56,665 bases of DNA from a virus (IMGVR_UViG_3300010370_000044:1-56665), one strand, 5' to 3'. Numbered from the stretch's first letter, positions 1 to 10,497 are shown. Program-made: numbers and translations. Notes: generated by a model not told the origin, from the letters alone.

Positions 1-3
1 AAA

Positions 4-324
4 ATGACGAATTACACTTGGACAATCAGCTCGATGGAAACTGCTCCATCTGAGGACGGACTCACAGACGTAGTGAAAACAATTCATTGGCGGTACAAAG
101 GTGTCGATGGAGACTATCAGGCAGAGGTTTACTCCTCTTATTCCTGTCCTTCTCCTTCCTCTACTGACTTTACAGCCTACGAAGATTTGACCGAAGCAGA
201 CGTAATCGGATGGCTTGAGGCAGGTATTGACGTGGACTCTATGAAGGCTAGCATCGACAGCCAGATCGAGGGCCTGAAGAATCCCCCGATTGTTACCCTC
301 CCCCTTCCTTGGGTGAGCCAGTAA
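4..324 (+). CDS. Conserved small phage protein, probably tail-fibre associated
   Basis: 106-aa ORF; YTWTI...VVKTIHWRY pattern typical of proteins next to tail fibre genes; precedes the lysis cassette. Confidence 0.55.
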   Translation: MTNYTWTISSMETAPSEDGLTDVVKTIHWRYKGVDGDYQAEVYSSYSCPSPSSTDFTAYEDLTEADVIGWLEAGIDVDSMKASIDSQIEGLKNPPIVTLPLPWVSQ

Positions 325-336
325 CCTGTGGAAATT

Positions 337-384
337 TCATGGGGCAAATCTCTCTATTTTAGAGAGATATCCATATAACTTTGC
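337..384 (+). promoter_or_regulatory. Promoter (TCA-N40-TTTGC class, -7 element TAACTTTG) overlapping palindrome ATCTCTCTA-TTT-TAGAGAGAT
   Basis: Bacteroidota -7 consensus TAnnTTTG at 376-383; perfect inverted repeat 348-368. Confidence 0.6.
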
Positions 385-397
385 TCAAAACCATTTT

Positions 398-670
398 ATG
401 CTTGATTTCAACCAACCCCTGAAGGGACTTGACGGAAAGGAAGTAGTCGATATGGATGGCAAGGCCATCACCCTCGGCAAGCTTCTCAGTACTCAGCTCG
501 CTTCAGCAAACAAAGGAGATGCACTGAAATTGTTCACGTGGGCACAAAAGTGCTTTAACGGAGAGGCCTTGGATCTGGACCCCAGTGACAAGACGACCCT
601 CAAGGACTTCATTAACAACAATGAGTCCCTGACCGTTCTGGCTAAGGCCCAACTTTTAAGCGTCTTCTAA
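398..670 (+). CDS. Hypothetical protein
   Basis: 90-aa ORF with A-rich leader directly after a promoter. Confidence 0.7.
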   Translation: MLDFNQPLKGLDGKEVVDMDGKAITLGKLLSTQLASANKGDALKLFTWAQKCFNGEALDLDPSDKTTLKDFINNNESLTVLAKAQLLSVF

Positions 671-674
671 AATC

Positions 675-938
675 ATGGCGAACAGTCTTGACAGGGTAAA
701 GGCCTACATAACCCCCCTAATTGTATCGGCATTCTGTGTTGTAATGTGGGACATGATCACCGAGATCAGGTCCGATGTTAAGATGTTGCTAAAGACATCT
801 GCTCAGAACGACGTCCGCGTCGAGGAGCTTGGTAGAAGGATGGATATTGTTGAAGGTCTTATCGCCCAGAATAGGCTGTTCGCCATTAAACCAGATGAAA
901 TTGAAGTACCTAAGCGTCCTAATCAGCAACGTAACTAA
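675..938 (+). CDS. Membrane protein with coiled coil (lysis cassette; holin/antiholin-like)
   Basis: N-terminal hydrophobic segment ITPLIVSAFCVVMW then heptad-rich region; upstream of endolysin. Confidence 0.5.
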   Translation: MANSLDRVKAYITPLIVSAFCVVMWDMITEIRSDVKMLLKTSAQNDVRVEELGRRMDIVEGLIAQNRLFAIKPDEIEVPKRPNQQRN

Positions 939-1101
939 GGGCTGGAGAACAAGCCTTATTGGACTGGCCATTATTGTGGCAGCTCTAGTTAGTGTTTTTG
1001 TCAAGGAATCAATCACTTGGACAGATGCCATCATTGCTATTAGTGTTGGAATAGGACTTTTGTTTGCTCCAGATGACGCCATCAAAAAGGCTAACCAATG
1101 A
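895..1101 (+). CDS. Putative holin (2 TM)
   Basis: Two hydrophobic segments; stop overlaps endolysin start (ATGA); ATG at 895 preferred over 829. Confidence 0.6.
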   Translation: MKLKYLSVLISNVTKGWRTSLIGLAIIVAALVSVFVKESITWTDAIIAISVGIGLLFAPDDAIKKANQ

Positions 1102-1742
1102 ACATTATTCAAGTAGACTTCCCTAAAACACAGTACCTGCAGGAAGAGGCTCCTAAAAGCCAGATCTACCTGCACCATACTGCCGGTCGGTCTAACGGCG
1201 TAAATACGTTTAAGTATTGGTCTTCCACCCCCGAGCGTGTCGCAACTTGCGTATGCATTTCTGGGCCCGGTTCGGTAGACGGCCAGATCGTGCAGGGATA
1301 CAGCTCAAAGTATTGGGCGTACCACTTGGGTATTAAGAGGTCTGTATTTGCTGCACATAGGGTTCCATTTATAAACCTAGACAAGATATCTATTGGTATC
1401 GAGATCTGCAACTGGGGTCCACTTAGTTTTAAGGACGGCAAGTTCTATAACTATGTAGGCGGTGAGGTGGCAGAAGCTGATGCGATAAAGCTTGACAAGC
1501 CATACAAGGGGTGGCAGTATTTCCACAACTACTCTGACGCCCAGATTGAGTCAACTCGCCAGCTATTGGTGCTTTGGAATCAGCGGTATAACATCCCTTT
1601 AAAGTACAATGAAGACATCTGGAACGTCACTTTAAGGGCTCTTAAGGGTGAGGCTGGCGTGTACACACACAACTCTGTACGGCGCGATAAGGTTGACATT
1701 TATCCACATCCGAAGATGATCGAAATGCTTAAGAGTTTATGA
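1098..1742 (+). CDS. Endolysin, N-acetylmuramoyl-L-alanine amidase (Amidase_2 type)
   Basis: IYLHHTAG, SIGIEI and THNSVRRDKVD zinc-amidase motifs. Confidence 0.9.
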   Translation: MNIIQVDFPKTQYLQEEAPKSQIYLHHTAGRSNGVNTFKYWSSTPERVATCVCISGPGSVDGQIVQGYSSKYWAYHLGIKRSVFAAHRVPFINLDKISIGIEICNWGPLSFKDGKFYNYVGGEVAEADAIKLDKPYKGWQYFHNYSDAQIESTRQLLVLWNQRYNIPLKYNEDIWNVTLRALKGEAGVYTHNSVRRDKVDIYPHPKMIEMLKSL

Positions 1743-2320
1743 AGCGCGACTACGTATCCATAGTATCCGTAATACTGTACGCAGTATTCATCATGCTGGC
1801 GATATTAACATTTCTATCATGCAACTCAGTTAAGAGAGTGCTGAATGATCAGGAGAAGTTCGATCAGGTTGCCAAGGAGGTTATACGTCGCGGCTACTGT
1901 GTAAACGATACTATCATTGTAACCGAGGTTAAGGACTCAATTATATATAAGGACTCTATTACTGTTATTACGGAGAAGGTCCCGTGCAAAGACTTTGACA
2001 CCACCATTGGCAGAGCCCGTATTCGGGTCAGCTCGGGGGTGTTATTTTATACCTACAAAGACTCAATCGTCTATAGAACCAAAACCATAAAGGAGACGGT
2101 ACGTGACCGGTCTCTTGAGGGAATCCTTAAGGACGACATTACCAAACTACAAGACAGCTTAAAGCAGGCGCGGTTTGAATCTAAGGAATGCGCCGCAGAT
2201 CTAAAGGCAACCAAGCGTGAGGCAAGAAATGATAGGGTAAAATTGTGGCTTATCATAGTAGCACTGGTGACATTTGCATTTAGGAAACAGATTCTCGGAC
2301 TCGTGAAAACTTTTATATAG
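1739..2320 (+). CDS. Lipoprotein with C-terminal TM, probable unimolecular spanin
   Basis: Signal peptide with lipobox-like FLSC, coiled coil, C-terminal LWLIIVALVTFAF; directly after endolysin. Confidence 0.6.
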   Translation: MKRDYVSIVSVILYAVFIMLAILTFLSCNSVKRVLNDQEKFDQVAKEVIRRGYCVNDTIIVTEVKDSIIYKDSITVITEKVPCKDFDTTIGRARIRVSSGVLFYTYKDSIVYRTKTIKETVRDRSLEGILKDDITKLQDSLKQARFESKECAADLKATKREARNDRVKLWLIIVALVTFAFRKQILGLVKTFI

Positions 2321-2321
2321 T

Positions 2322-2600
2322 ATGGCTCTCTTTAAAGTAATGGCCGCAAAGGATGGGAAGCATGCTTGGAAGGCTGAGGGCACAAACCCTAAGACTGGCC
2401 GGGAGATTACTTTGAAGGGAGGCGAGGCGAAGCACCGTGGCAAGTGGGGTACCAAGGGCGGTAAGTCTGAGGGGCAGGTGAAGAGCTTCTTCGCACGTCA
2501 CGCAAAGAACGACAGCCCTGTTGCATTTATTAACGCCCTAAACTGGAAGAGAGGTAGCCAGATCGGGAAGACTGTAAACATACCCAATAGTAAGTTCTAA
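2322..2600 (+). CDS. Small basic phage protein
   Basis: K/G-rich 92 aa with KSFFARH motif. Confidence 0.6.
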   Translation: MALFKVMAAKDGKHAWKAEGTNPKTGREITLKGGEAKHRGKWGTKGGKSEGQVKSFFARHAKNDSPVAFINALNWKRGSQIGKTVNIPNSKF

Positions 2601-3292
2601 TGGACCTTAAGGTTATACACGATACAATCCTATACTTCCTGAACAAGGAGCAGAACGGTTTCGTTACGCACGAGGAGATCGATCTGGTTCTTGATAAGGC
2701 GCAGATGGTTCTGTTCAATCAGTACCACACAAACCCAAAGACACCGGCAAATCCAGCCATGATCAATTATGGGGAGTCTCAGAGGATTGACGATGCCTTG
2801 AGTGTATTTAAGGATAAATATACATTCGGTACAGTAGACACACCCGGTGGTGTGATAACACTCCCGGCAAACTACCAGCACCTGCTTGGCCTGTTCACCA
2901 CGGTATACAATGCAACTCTTCTGAGGAACGTATACTCTGGCGTGCAGGTACTTAACGAGGAGGAGCTTATCTCCCGCTTGGAGTCTCAGGTTATCCCTGT
3001 AACTCCTGATGATCCGATCGCGATCATGAACAAGCAGAACAAGATTCAGCTGTTCCCTGAGAGTCCGGCAACAGGTGGTGTATATTACCTGCGCCGTCCA
3101 GCGGTACCTGCCTTTGTGTACACACAATCAGGTCGTACGATCACGTATAACCAAGGCGGGTCTACCCAGCTCGAGTGGAGAGATATGGACGTCATGAACG
3201 TAATTGTAATCGCTCTATCATATTACGGTCTCAACATGAGCAGCGCTGACGTTGTTCAGTTTGCTCAGGTGAAGGAGGCACAAGGACAGTAA
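2600..3292 (+). CDS. Tail ring / head-tail adaptor protein (crAss-like tail tubular type)
   Basis: LNKEQNGFVT..EIDLVLDKAQ N-terminus and YLRRPAVP; first of three similar-sized genes before the muzzle gene. Confidence 0.6.
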   Translation: MDLKVIHDTILYFLNKEQNGFVTHEEIDLVLDKAQMVLFNQYHTNPKTPANPAMINYGESQRIDDALSVFKDKYTFGTVDTPGGVITLPANYQHLLGLFTTVYNATLLRNVYSGVQVLNEEELISRLESQVIPVTPDDPIAIMNKQNKIQLFPESPATGGVYYLRRPAVPAFVYTQSGRTITYNQGGSTQLEWRDMDVMNVIVIALSYYGLNMSSADVVQFAQVKEAQGQ

Positions 3293-3293
3293 C

Positions 3294-3917
3294 ATGGCCA
3301 CTACAAAATATAAAATAAGCGAACAGATCCAGCGCATGCTCAAGGGCAATCCCGTGATCAGTGCTCGCGTTCATCAGAACGACATCAAGCTATTGATAGA
3401 ACAAGTGGCCAATCAGTTGTTGAAGGCGGAGACTCTGTCAGTTAACATGGCCGATGGAGATAGTCTTCCCCCGAACTGCATGATCTATACGTACGATAAC
3501 GTGCCAGTTAGTACGTACAAGACGACCAAAAGTAAGGCCGTTCTCCCATCCATTCCAGTGAGCTTGCCTCGCAATATGGGTGTTCTGCATGTGTCAAAGA
3601 CGGATGCGATTGACGAGCCGTTCATCCCGATCCCTGCCAGCACTTACGGGATCATCAAGCCTCAGGCGCTTCTTGGCGATCTGTCTGGTTTGATCGGATA
3701 CGAGGTGATTGGTAAGGACATCATCTTCACTCAGAACCTCCCCGGACAGAGCGTGAATAATGTGTTCATCCGTTTGGTTGGAGTTGACATGAGTGCCATT
3801 ACAGACTACGAACTGATGCCGCTGTCTTCTGACATGGAGGCCCAGATCGTGCAAACAGTTTATAATATTTTGGTTCAGGCGCCTCCTGCTGACAAGGCGC
3901 TGGCCGCAAATGACTAA
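3294..3917 (+). CDS. Tail ring / structural protein
   Basis: Position and size in the tail module. Confidence 0.5.
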   Translation: MATTKYKISEQIQRMLKGNPVISARVHQNDIKLLIEQVANQLLKAETLSVNMADGDSLPPNCMIYTYDNVPVSTYKTTKSKAVLPSIPVSLPRNMGVLHVSKTDAIDEPFIPIPASTYGIIKPQALLGDLSGLIGYEVIGKDIIFTQNLPGQSVNNVFIRLVGVDMSAITDYELMPLSSDMEAQIVQTVYNILVQAPPADKALAAND

Positions 3918-3919
3918 TA

Positions 3920-4681
3920 ATGACGCTGACTACACTTGATAAGATCGTTCGTTCAGCCCTGTCAGATCGGGGGTATACCATGCATTGGTACATCCAATTC
4001 CTTAACTATGCTGTTAATGGATTGCGTGAACTGAACTTTGATGTTCTTCAGAATATCAAGAGTGTACGTCTGCCGGTTAACTCATACAAAGCAGCCACAC
4101 TTCCTATTGACTATGTTGACTATGTGCGTGTTGGGAATGAGATTGGTCAATATATACTGCCATGGGGAGAGAAGGAAGACTCTTTCAATCGTCTAAACAA
4201 GTTTGACTCACAAGGAAACAAGATCCCCTATGGCGACGTCGAAGCAACCAATGGTATACTACCTAATAACTGGGAGGGGTTCTGGTATACAAATTACATT
4301 AATGACAAAGGAGAACATCTTGGACGTATATTCAATAATCGTCCGGGCTATAGAGAGTCCTTCGTTATCCTTAGAGAGCGCAATGAAATACAACTAGATG
4401 TAAGCTACACTGGCACAGAGATCGTCATGGACTACATATCTGACGGCATGTTGCTTACTGCTAGCAATGCAATACATCCGTACGCCATCGAGACGATCAA
4501 GGCGTACATCTTCTGGAAGCACAAGGAGAATGGTCGTCAGTATAATCTTAGTGAGCGTCAGCTTGCAAAGGATGAGTTCTATAACCAGCTCCGTGTGTTG
4601 AAGGGACGAATGAATAACATGGATACACAGGAAATTACCCGTAGCCTTCGTTCTGGATATGGTCCTGTGATAAAGAACTAA
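3920..4681 (+). CDS. Tail ring / structural protein
   Basis: GLRELNFD, LPIDYVDYVRV and YISDG motifs typical of crAss-like/Flavobacteria podophage ring proteins. Confidence 0.55.
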   Translation: MTLTTLDKIVRSALSDRGYTMHWYIQFLNYAVNGLRELNFDVLQNIKSVRLPVNSYKAATLPIDYVDYVRVGNEIGQYILPWGEKEDSFNRLNKFDSQGNKIPYGDVEATNGILPNNWEGFWYTNYINDKGEHLGRIFNNRPGYRESFVILRERNEIQLDVSYTGTEIVMDYISDGMLLTASNAIHPYAIETIKAYIFWKHKENGRQYNLSERQLAKDEFYNQLRVLKGRMNNMDTQEITRSLRSGYGPVIKN

Positions 4682-4682
4682 C

Positions 4683-7600
4683 ATGCCTGTAGTTAAAAAG
4701 ACATTTGTAGGCGGTATAAATCAGGATGACGCCGATGCACTGATTAGCCCTAAGGAGTACCTTGGGGCTCTCAATATTCGCTTTATCACAAGCGAGGAGG
4801 GAGATGTCGGTGATGTAACAAATATAGAGGGTACTGTAGAAAAGAACCAGACGAAGAACAGCTCTGGTACCACAGTATCTTGGTCACTGCCTGCTGGCAC
4901 TAACAGAACCATTGGCGCATTTGAGGATACGCCTAAGCGCAGATTGTTTTGGTTCAACTGGAACTCTAACGGCAATCACGCGATCTATTGCTATGACAAT
5001 GACGACGATATTATCTACACTGTATTCTATCAGTCAGGACTTAGTGATGTTCTGAACTTTCAGGAGGGAAGTTTCGTTCACAGTATATCAATGTCTGGCA
5101 ACATATTGTACTGGACTGATAACTACAACGAGCCTAAGCGAATCAACGTAGATGCTGCGATAAAAATGAACCATCCCACGTTCTCGACAACCGAGACTAA
5201 ATACGATGCGTTCAGCATAAAGAAAACAACAGGCGGATCTGGCTACGTGAATGGTACCTATACTAACGTACCAATCACTGGTGGTAGCGGATCTGGGGCA
5301 CTTGCAACAATGGTTGTTGTTGGAACTGTGGTAGACACTGTTACAATAACATATCACGGAACTGGCTATGCAGCTGGTGATACGCTAAGCGCATCCAACA
5401 CAAACCTAGGGGGAACAGGATCTGGACTTAATATAACAGTCACAAAGATATTTGACAAGTCTGTGGTAAGCCTAATCCGACCTCAGCCTATGCTGCCTCT
5501 TACTGTAGCAAAGGCAATCGACGGATCTTTCACAAACAATTTCATAAGCTCAGAGGCTTTCCAGTTTGCGTATAGATTCGTATATAGAGACAATGAGGTT
5601 AGCACATTCTCTCCAATGTCAAAACTAATTGACTATAATACAGAGGCTGAGATTGCGTCAGGGTACAACTCTGTTGCAATAACCGTTCAGTCTGGTCAAT
5701 GGATTGAGCAGGACGTCAAGAAGATTGAGTTTGCTGCCAAGTATCTTACTGGCGGTAAAATGTTCATTTTCAAAACACTAGAGACTGGATTCAACGCACA
5801 CAACAATGGTACCAATATTGCATTCAATTTTTATAATGATATTGTTGGTGTTGCCGTTGATGACGCAAGCTCTGTAAAACCATTTGATAGCGTACCGTTA
5901 AAGTCCAAGACACTTGAAATAGCCAAGAACAGATTGTTTCTTGGAAATAATTTAGAGGGTTATGATACTCCTACTACCACATCATTGTCGGTTGGTTCAA
6001 GTATTGTAAGTACTACGTCTGTGGTCGGTAAGTGGTATGTGTTTGTATATAATGCTGCAGGAGGTCCTTACACAAAGTATCTTTTGTTTGTTGACAACAT
6101 TACTGGTAACAATGGTTACTACGAAAAGACTACTCCATTTACGCCTCCGCCATATCCAACCACAGTAAATATAGCAGACTATACTTGGAAGGGTTACACG
6201 TTAAATGAGTTAGCAAACTCTTACGGGATACTGCAAAGCGCAATTATTGTACTTCAGTATACAACTAATAATGCAACCGTATCTGGCGCCACATTGGCTG
6301 GTCTTTCTGGTAAGGTTGTTTTTAAAAGTGAATCTTCATACAGGGGCGGTATTGTATTCTTTGATTATGCTGGGCGCAAGTCTGGTGTAGTTACTTCAGA
6401 TTCTATCAAGGCCAATATCCCTGACAGGACATATGCTGGAGATCAGTTTACTGAATTGGTTAGCTGGAGTCTTAGCAATACAAATGCTCTTAGTGAGATC
6501 CCGAGCTGGGCAACTCACTACTCTATCGTCAGAAGCAAGGCGCTACGCACAAACTTCTTTGCACAGCAGATAGCTGACTCTGTAAAATATATTACAAAGG
6601 ATTCAACAGGAGCTTATCAGACACCTACCACAACATATGCTGCCGATGCTTTTGGTCTGGCAATTCAGGTTAAGAGTTTATCAAGCATTGGTTTTGGATA
6701 CACATATCAGGAGGGTGACATAGTTAAATTGTATCTTTCGACAGGAGTTAATTATAGGCTTCGGGTAAAGGATACATACTCCGACTTTATTATTACAGAG
6801 CTTGCAAACGTAGGATCAGGACCTACTGCCATATACGAGGTATATTCTCCGTTTATACAGTCTGATACAATATACTACTACGAGGTTGGTGAAACATACA
6901 AGGTTGTCAATCCGGGTACTGGTAGCCGACAATACGGAACGGTGAGTGGGTTCTTTACTGGAGACGTTTCTTTGTTTGAGAGAACGGTTGGCGCTAATAC
7001 TAAGTGGACTGAGAACATGAGTCCAAACGATAAGTATTGGAGAAGTTGGTATACAGACATTGGACGTGTAAACATTACATTATCCGATGGTCAGACGCAA
7101 AAATCAGTTAGTGTATCATTCTCAAATACTGTAATCCCGGGAACGAAGGTTAATGGATTAAGCACATTTGATACGCTTGATCAAACAAACCTCCCAACAG
7201 AGCTGGCTGCGATAAGCCGATTAGTGTTTACTTCAAAGTCAATTACAGATGGAACAGTCATGTTGGCTGTTGGTGAGCAGGAGACCGCGAGCCTATACCT
7301 AGGCGAAACTCAGCTACTAGATAATACCGGGTCATCGTTCTTGGCCAAGAGTACTGGTGTTATTGGTAACGTGAATGTATTGAAAGGCTCATACGGAACA
7401 TTGCATCCAGAGAGTGCATTTGAGTGGCAGGGAGCTGTTACGTATTTTGACTCTAATAAGGGTTGCTGGGTTCGATATGACCTGAACGGATTGACTCCAA
7501 TATCTGACAATAAAATGTCAAAGTACTTCCGCAAGGTTGGTGTTGACATTCTCAATTATTTCAAGAGCGCCACAAGTTATAATAATCTAAACCCTAACTT

Positions 7601-8495
7601 AAGTCTTCGTGTTCTTGGAATTACAGATCCATTCCATGGTGAGTTTGTTTTCTCAATGCCTAGGATGAAGTTGGCTCCACAGAATCCGATTCTCTCTGAT
7701 ATGCAGATTGGTACTATTACCACTGCCATTTCAACAACTCCTCCTTCGAATACATACACAATAAGTGTAATACCTGATAAGGTTTATACAATATCTGCAC
7801 CTGCTGGTGTTGACGTATTCTACTGTAGCACCAAGATATTTGGAGCTGGAGCGAACAATACATTTGTTGCCACAGACTCTACAAGCTTTGTGGTTGAGTC
7901 CGCATCTCCTGTTACTGGCAATATTGTTCTGACAGAGATCCTGACAAACCTGTACGACGCGTATGATGGTGTTGGTGGCACATGGTGTTACCATCCTGCT
8001 ATCGATCGTTTCGTATCTAAATACAGCTTCCGACCTGAGTGGATGTGCGTTGTTGGAAACCGTTTGGCAAGCTTCAAAAACGGCAAGCCATTTATCCACA
8101 ACGGGACCTATAATACTTTCTACGGTCAGGCATACAACTCTTCGTTGGCTGGAATACACCACGATCAGGAAAGGGTTATCAACGTATTCAATAGTGTAGG
8201 CGTTGAGGGGGACACTCCAGATCGTATGCACTTCAGGACAGAGGTTCCAAACGTACAAAGCTCTGATCTGGTTTCTGGAGACTTCTCCGTTAGAGAGGGG
8301 GTAAGTTATTCAGACATTCTTAGGGACCGTTTAAGCCCCAATACGACAGGTTCTTTTGATGAGAAGGTCTACAAGGGTGACCGGGTTCGGGGGCACTCCT
8401 GCATGTTCCTGTATCTCCTAAACACTCCTACCACAAAGAAGTATCTGAGCTTCATCAACCTGAGCTTCACTCCTTCCACAGGACAGACGGTATAA
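4683..8495 (+). CDS. Tail muzzle / stabilization protein (P22 gp10-like, crAss-type)
   Basis: TFVGGINQDD..EYLGALNIR N-terminus, LYWTDNYNEPKRIN, FAYRFVYRDNEVSTFSP; beta-rich 1270 aa. Confidence 0.75.
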   Translation: MPVVKKTFVGGINQDDADALISPKEYLGALNIRFITSEEGDVGDVTNIEGTVEKNQTKNSSGTTVSWSLPAGTNRTIGAFEDTPKRRLFWFNWNSNGNHAIYCYDNDDDIIYTVFYQSGLSDVLNFQEGSFVHSISMSGNILYWTDNYNEPKRINVDAAIKMNHPTFSTTETKYDAFSIKKTTGGSGYVNGTYTNVPITGGSGSGALATMVVVGTVVDTVTITYHGTGYAAGDTLSASNTNLGGTGSGLNITVTKIFDKSVVSLIRPQPMLPLTVAKAIDGSFTNNFISSEAFQFAYRFVYRDNEVSTFSPMSKLIDYNTEAEIASGYNSVAITVQSGQWIEQDVKKIEFAAKYLTGGKMFIFKTLETGFNAHNNGTNIAFNFYNDIVGVAVDDASSVKPFDSVPLKSKTLEIAKNRLFLGNNLEGYDTPTTTSLSVGSSIVSTTSVVGKWYVFVYNAAGGPYTKYLLFVDNITGNNGYYEKTTPFTPPPYPTTVNIADYTWKGYTLNELANSYGILQSAIIVLQYTTNNATVSGATLAGLSGKVVFKSESSYRGGIVFFDYAGRKSGVVTSDSIKANIPDRTYAGDQFTELVSWSLSNTNALSEIPSWATHYSIVRSKALRTNFFAQQIADSVKYITKDSTGAYQTPTTTYAADAFGLAIQVKSLSSIGFGYTYQEGDIVKLYLSTGVNYRLRVKDTYSDFIITELANVGSGPTAIYEVYSPFIQSDTIYYYEVGETYKVVNPGTGSRQYGTVSGFFTGDVSLFERTVGANTKWTENMSPNDKYWRSWYTDIGRVNITLSDGQTQKSVSVSFSNTVIPGTKVNGLSTFDTLDQTNLPTELAAISRLVFTSKSITDGTVMLAVGEQETASLYLGETQLLDNTGSSFLAKSTGVIGNVNVLKGSYGTLHPESAFEWQGAVTYFDSNKGCWVRYDLNGLTPISDNKMSKYFRKVGVDILNYFKSATSYNNLNPNLSLRVLGITDPFHGEFVFSMPRMKLAPQNPILSDMQIGTITTAISTTPPSNTYTISVIPDKVYTISAPAGVDVFYCSTKIFGAGANNTFVATDSTSFVVESASPVTGNIVLTEILTNLYDAYDGVGGTWCYHPAIDRFVSKYSFRPEWMCVVGNRLASFKNGKPFIHNGTYNTFYGQAYNSSLAGIHHDQERVINVFNSVGVEGDTPDRMHFRTEVPNVQSSDLVSGDFSVREGVSYSDILRDRLSPNTTGSFDEKVYKGDRVRGHSCMFLYLLNTPTTKKYLSFINLSFTPSTGQTV

Positions 8496-8497
8496 TA

Positions 8498-8545
8498 TCA
8501 CCCCCTGTTTATCAAGGGGTTTATATATCCATATACGATTTTTGC
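8498..8545 (+). promoter_or_regulatory. Promoter, TCA-CCCCC-N35-TTTGC class
   Basis: Same spacing as six other intergenic sites; upstream of ejection-protein genes. Confidence 0.55.
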
Positions 8546-8566
8546 ACGTTACTAAATTAATTAGCA

Positions 8567-9175
8567 ATGGGTCCATTAGCAATAGCTGGAGCTGCAGCAG
8601 GTGGTCTTCAGGGACTTTTCGGAATATTTCAGGGCGCCAAGATGTTGAAGGAGGCCAAGAAGATCAATCCATTTTACACCCCATATCAGGGTAGTCAGGC
8701 GGCTCGTGAGCAGATGGGTATGGCCCAGACTCGTATGAACGCCCGTGCTCCTATGCAGGCTGCTCGCCAGCGTGGGATCTTGGGTAGTCAGGCTGGAATG
8801 ATGGCTAATGTACGTAGTGGTGCTACGGATGCTTCACAGCTTTTACAGATGGCAGGCGCTGGTCAGGCTCAGACTGATCTGGCCACAGAGAAGCTGGCCG
8901 AGCAGGACATAGCATTTGACCAGCAGGCTATGGCAAATATTATGCAGGCCCAGAACCTGATGGTTGGTGAGGATCGTATGAAGTTTCAGGACATGATGAA
9001 CAAATACCAGATGGATCTGCAGCAGAAGAACGCATTGAGGACCGCTGGTCAGCAAAATATAGCCAGTGGACTTGGACAGATTGGTGGCGCAGCACTTGGC
9101 CTTGAACAACTTCAACAAGGCCAGAAGGCTCAACAATTCTCAAATCAATTACTTCAGGCTTATCTAAAAAAATGA
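8567..9175 (+). CDS. Internal virion (ejection/pilot) protein
   Basis: A/G/Q/M-rich with glycine-zipper-like hydrophobic ends; follows the muzzle gene. Confidence 0.6.
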   Translation: MGPLAIAGAAAGGLQGLFGIFQGAKMLKEAKKINPFYTPYQGSQAAREQMGMAQTRMNARAPMQAARQRGILGSQAGMMANVRSGATDASQLLQMAGAGQAQTDLATEKLAEQDIAFDQQAMANIMQAQNLMVGEDRMKFQDMMNKYQMDLQQKNALRTAGQQNIASGLGQIGGAALGLEQLQQGQKAQQFSNQLLQAYLKK

Positions 9176-10497
9176 ACGGAATATCCCCAATACAATTTGG
9201 AGAACAGGTACAGCAAGGTTTAACAAACATTGCACTGATGAGCCAGAAAAGGGAACTGGCAAAGCAGGAGCGGTATCAGGAAGAGTTCAAGCAGAAGCTT
9301 GAGCTTATGAAGCTTATTGACCCTAAGGTATTGAATCAAAACCTAGAGACAGAGATTTCAAACGAGGCAATAAATCTAGTTCGGGAGAATGTAAAAAACT
9401 TCTTGTTAGATAAAAAGAATGAGTGGGCTTCTGCAGGGCAATTGCAATCATTTATTCAAAACGAAGTTGGTCGCATTACTCAGTGGAACAACAAGTTTAA
9501 GACAATCAAAAGCAATATTGAAGAGCAGGCCAAGAACATGCCTAATGACCCATTGATCAGCAAAGATCTGTGGGTGAAGGCTGCTAAATCAAATGCACTG
9601 TTCTCTAATGGCCGTGTTAAAACTCTTGAAGAGCTTGATGCAGACAAGACTGATTGGGTTACTCAGACTTGGGACCAAAGCGGAAATACATTCCTTAGGC
9701 TTGACGAGGTTCAGTCTGATCTGAGTAAGACTTTAAACTCTTTGCCAAAGAATAAAACCAAAGTTTCAAGAACTGTTGGAGCAACAGCCAAAAAACCCGG
9801 TCAGAAAAAGGAGTTCTATATAGACATCCCTTCAGCATTTACTTGGGATGATGTAAACAATAAGGTACTGGTAAAGCGTGGAGCAGACGGTCTAATTGAC
9901 GATCAGGTTTATACAATGTTTGTTGGCAGTCCAAATAGTGCAAAAGACAAATACTTTACCAGCATAACAATTGACCGTATTAAAAGCGATCCAGCAAACA
10001 AAATATTGGATGCAAATGGAAAGGTGATCGATCAAGCCGGATTCGATAAGTTAAAGAAAAATGTTGTCGCTGAATACGCAGAGAAGTTCTCTCCAAATGT
10101 TGAGAGTGATATAATGCAGCAAATGCCAGCCAAGAATGAAACTCGCGTAACAGTTGTTACTGGAGGAGAGAAGCCAACTGTTGGGTCTAAGTGGATGGGT
10201 TCAATGAAACGTGCATGGGAAAGCGGCGATGTCGCTAATATAAATAAAATGCTCAAATCTCTGTACTCAGGCGGAACAAAGCTTGAGACAGTTAATTATG
10301 ATGGAGCAAATATTGTGGCAAAATTCAAGTCAGGTTCGAAAGATGCTATAACCGGAGAGCCTTTGCCATCTGAGGTTAAAATACCCAGTTCAGATCCAGA
10401 TGCTCTCACAAAAATCGCTGGCCTATACCAGACTGCAAGGGGATCTGACAAAGGTATTGAGCAGTTCGTAGATAAGATAACTATAGGTGGTTTCTAA
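9172..10497 (+). CDS. Internal virion (ejection) protein
   Basis: 441 aa, helical; between pilot-like gene and giant gene. Confidence 0.55.
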   Translation: MNGISPIQFGEQVQQGLTNIALMSQKRELAKQERYQEEFKQKLELMKLIDPKVLNQNLETEISNEAINLVRENVKNFLLDKKNEWASAGQLQSFIQNEVGRITQWNNKFKTIKSNIEEQAKNMPNDPLISKDLWVKAAKSNALFSNGRVKTLEELDADKTDWVTQTWDQSGNTFLRLDEVQSDLSKTLNSLPKNKTKVSRTVGATAKKPGQKKEFYIDIPSAFTWDDVNNKVLVKRGADGLIDDQVYTMFVGSPNSAKDKYFTSITIDRIKSDPANKILDANGKVIDQAGFDKLKKNVVAEYAEKFSPNVESDIMQQMPAKNETRVTVVTGGEKPTVGSKWMGSMKRAWESGDVANINKMLKSLYSGGTKLETVNYDGANIVAKFKSGSKDAITGEPLPSEVKIPSSDPDALTKIAGLYQTARGSDKGIEQFVDKITIGGF

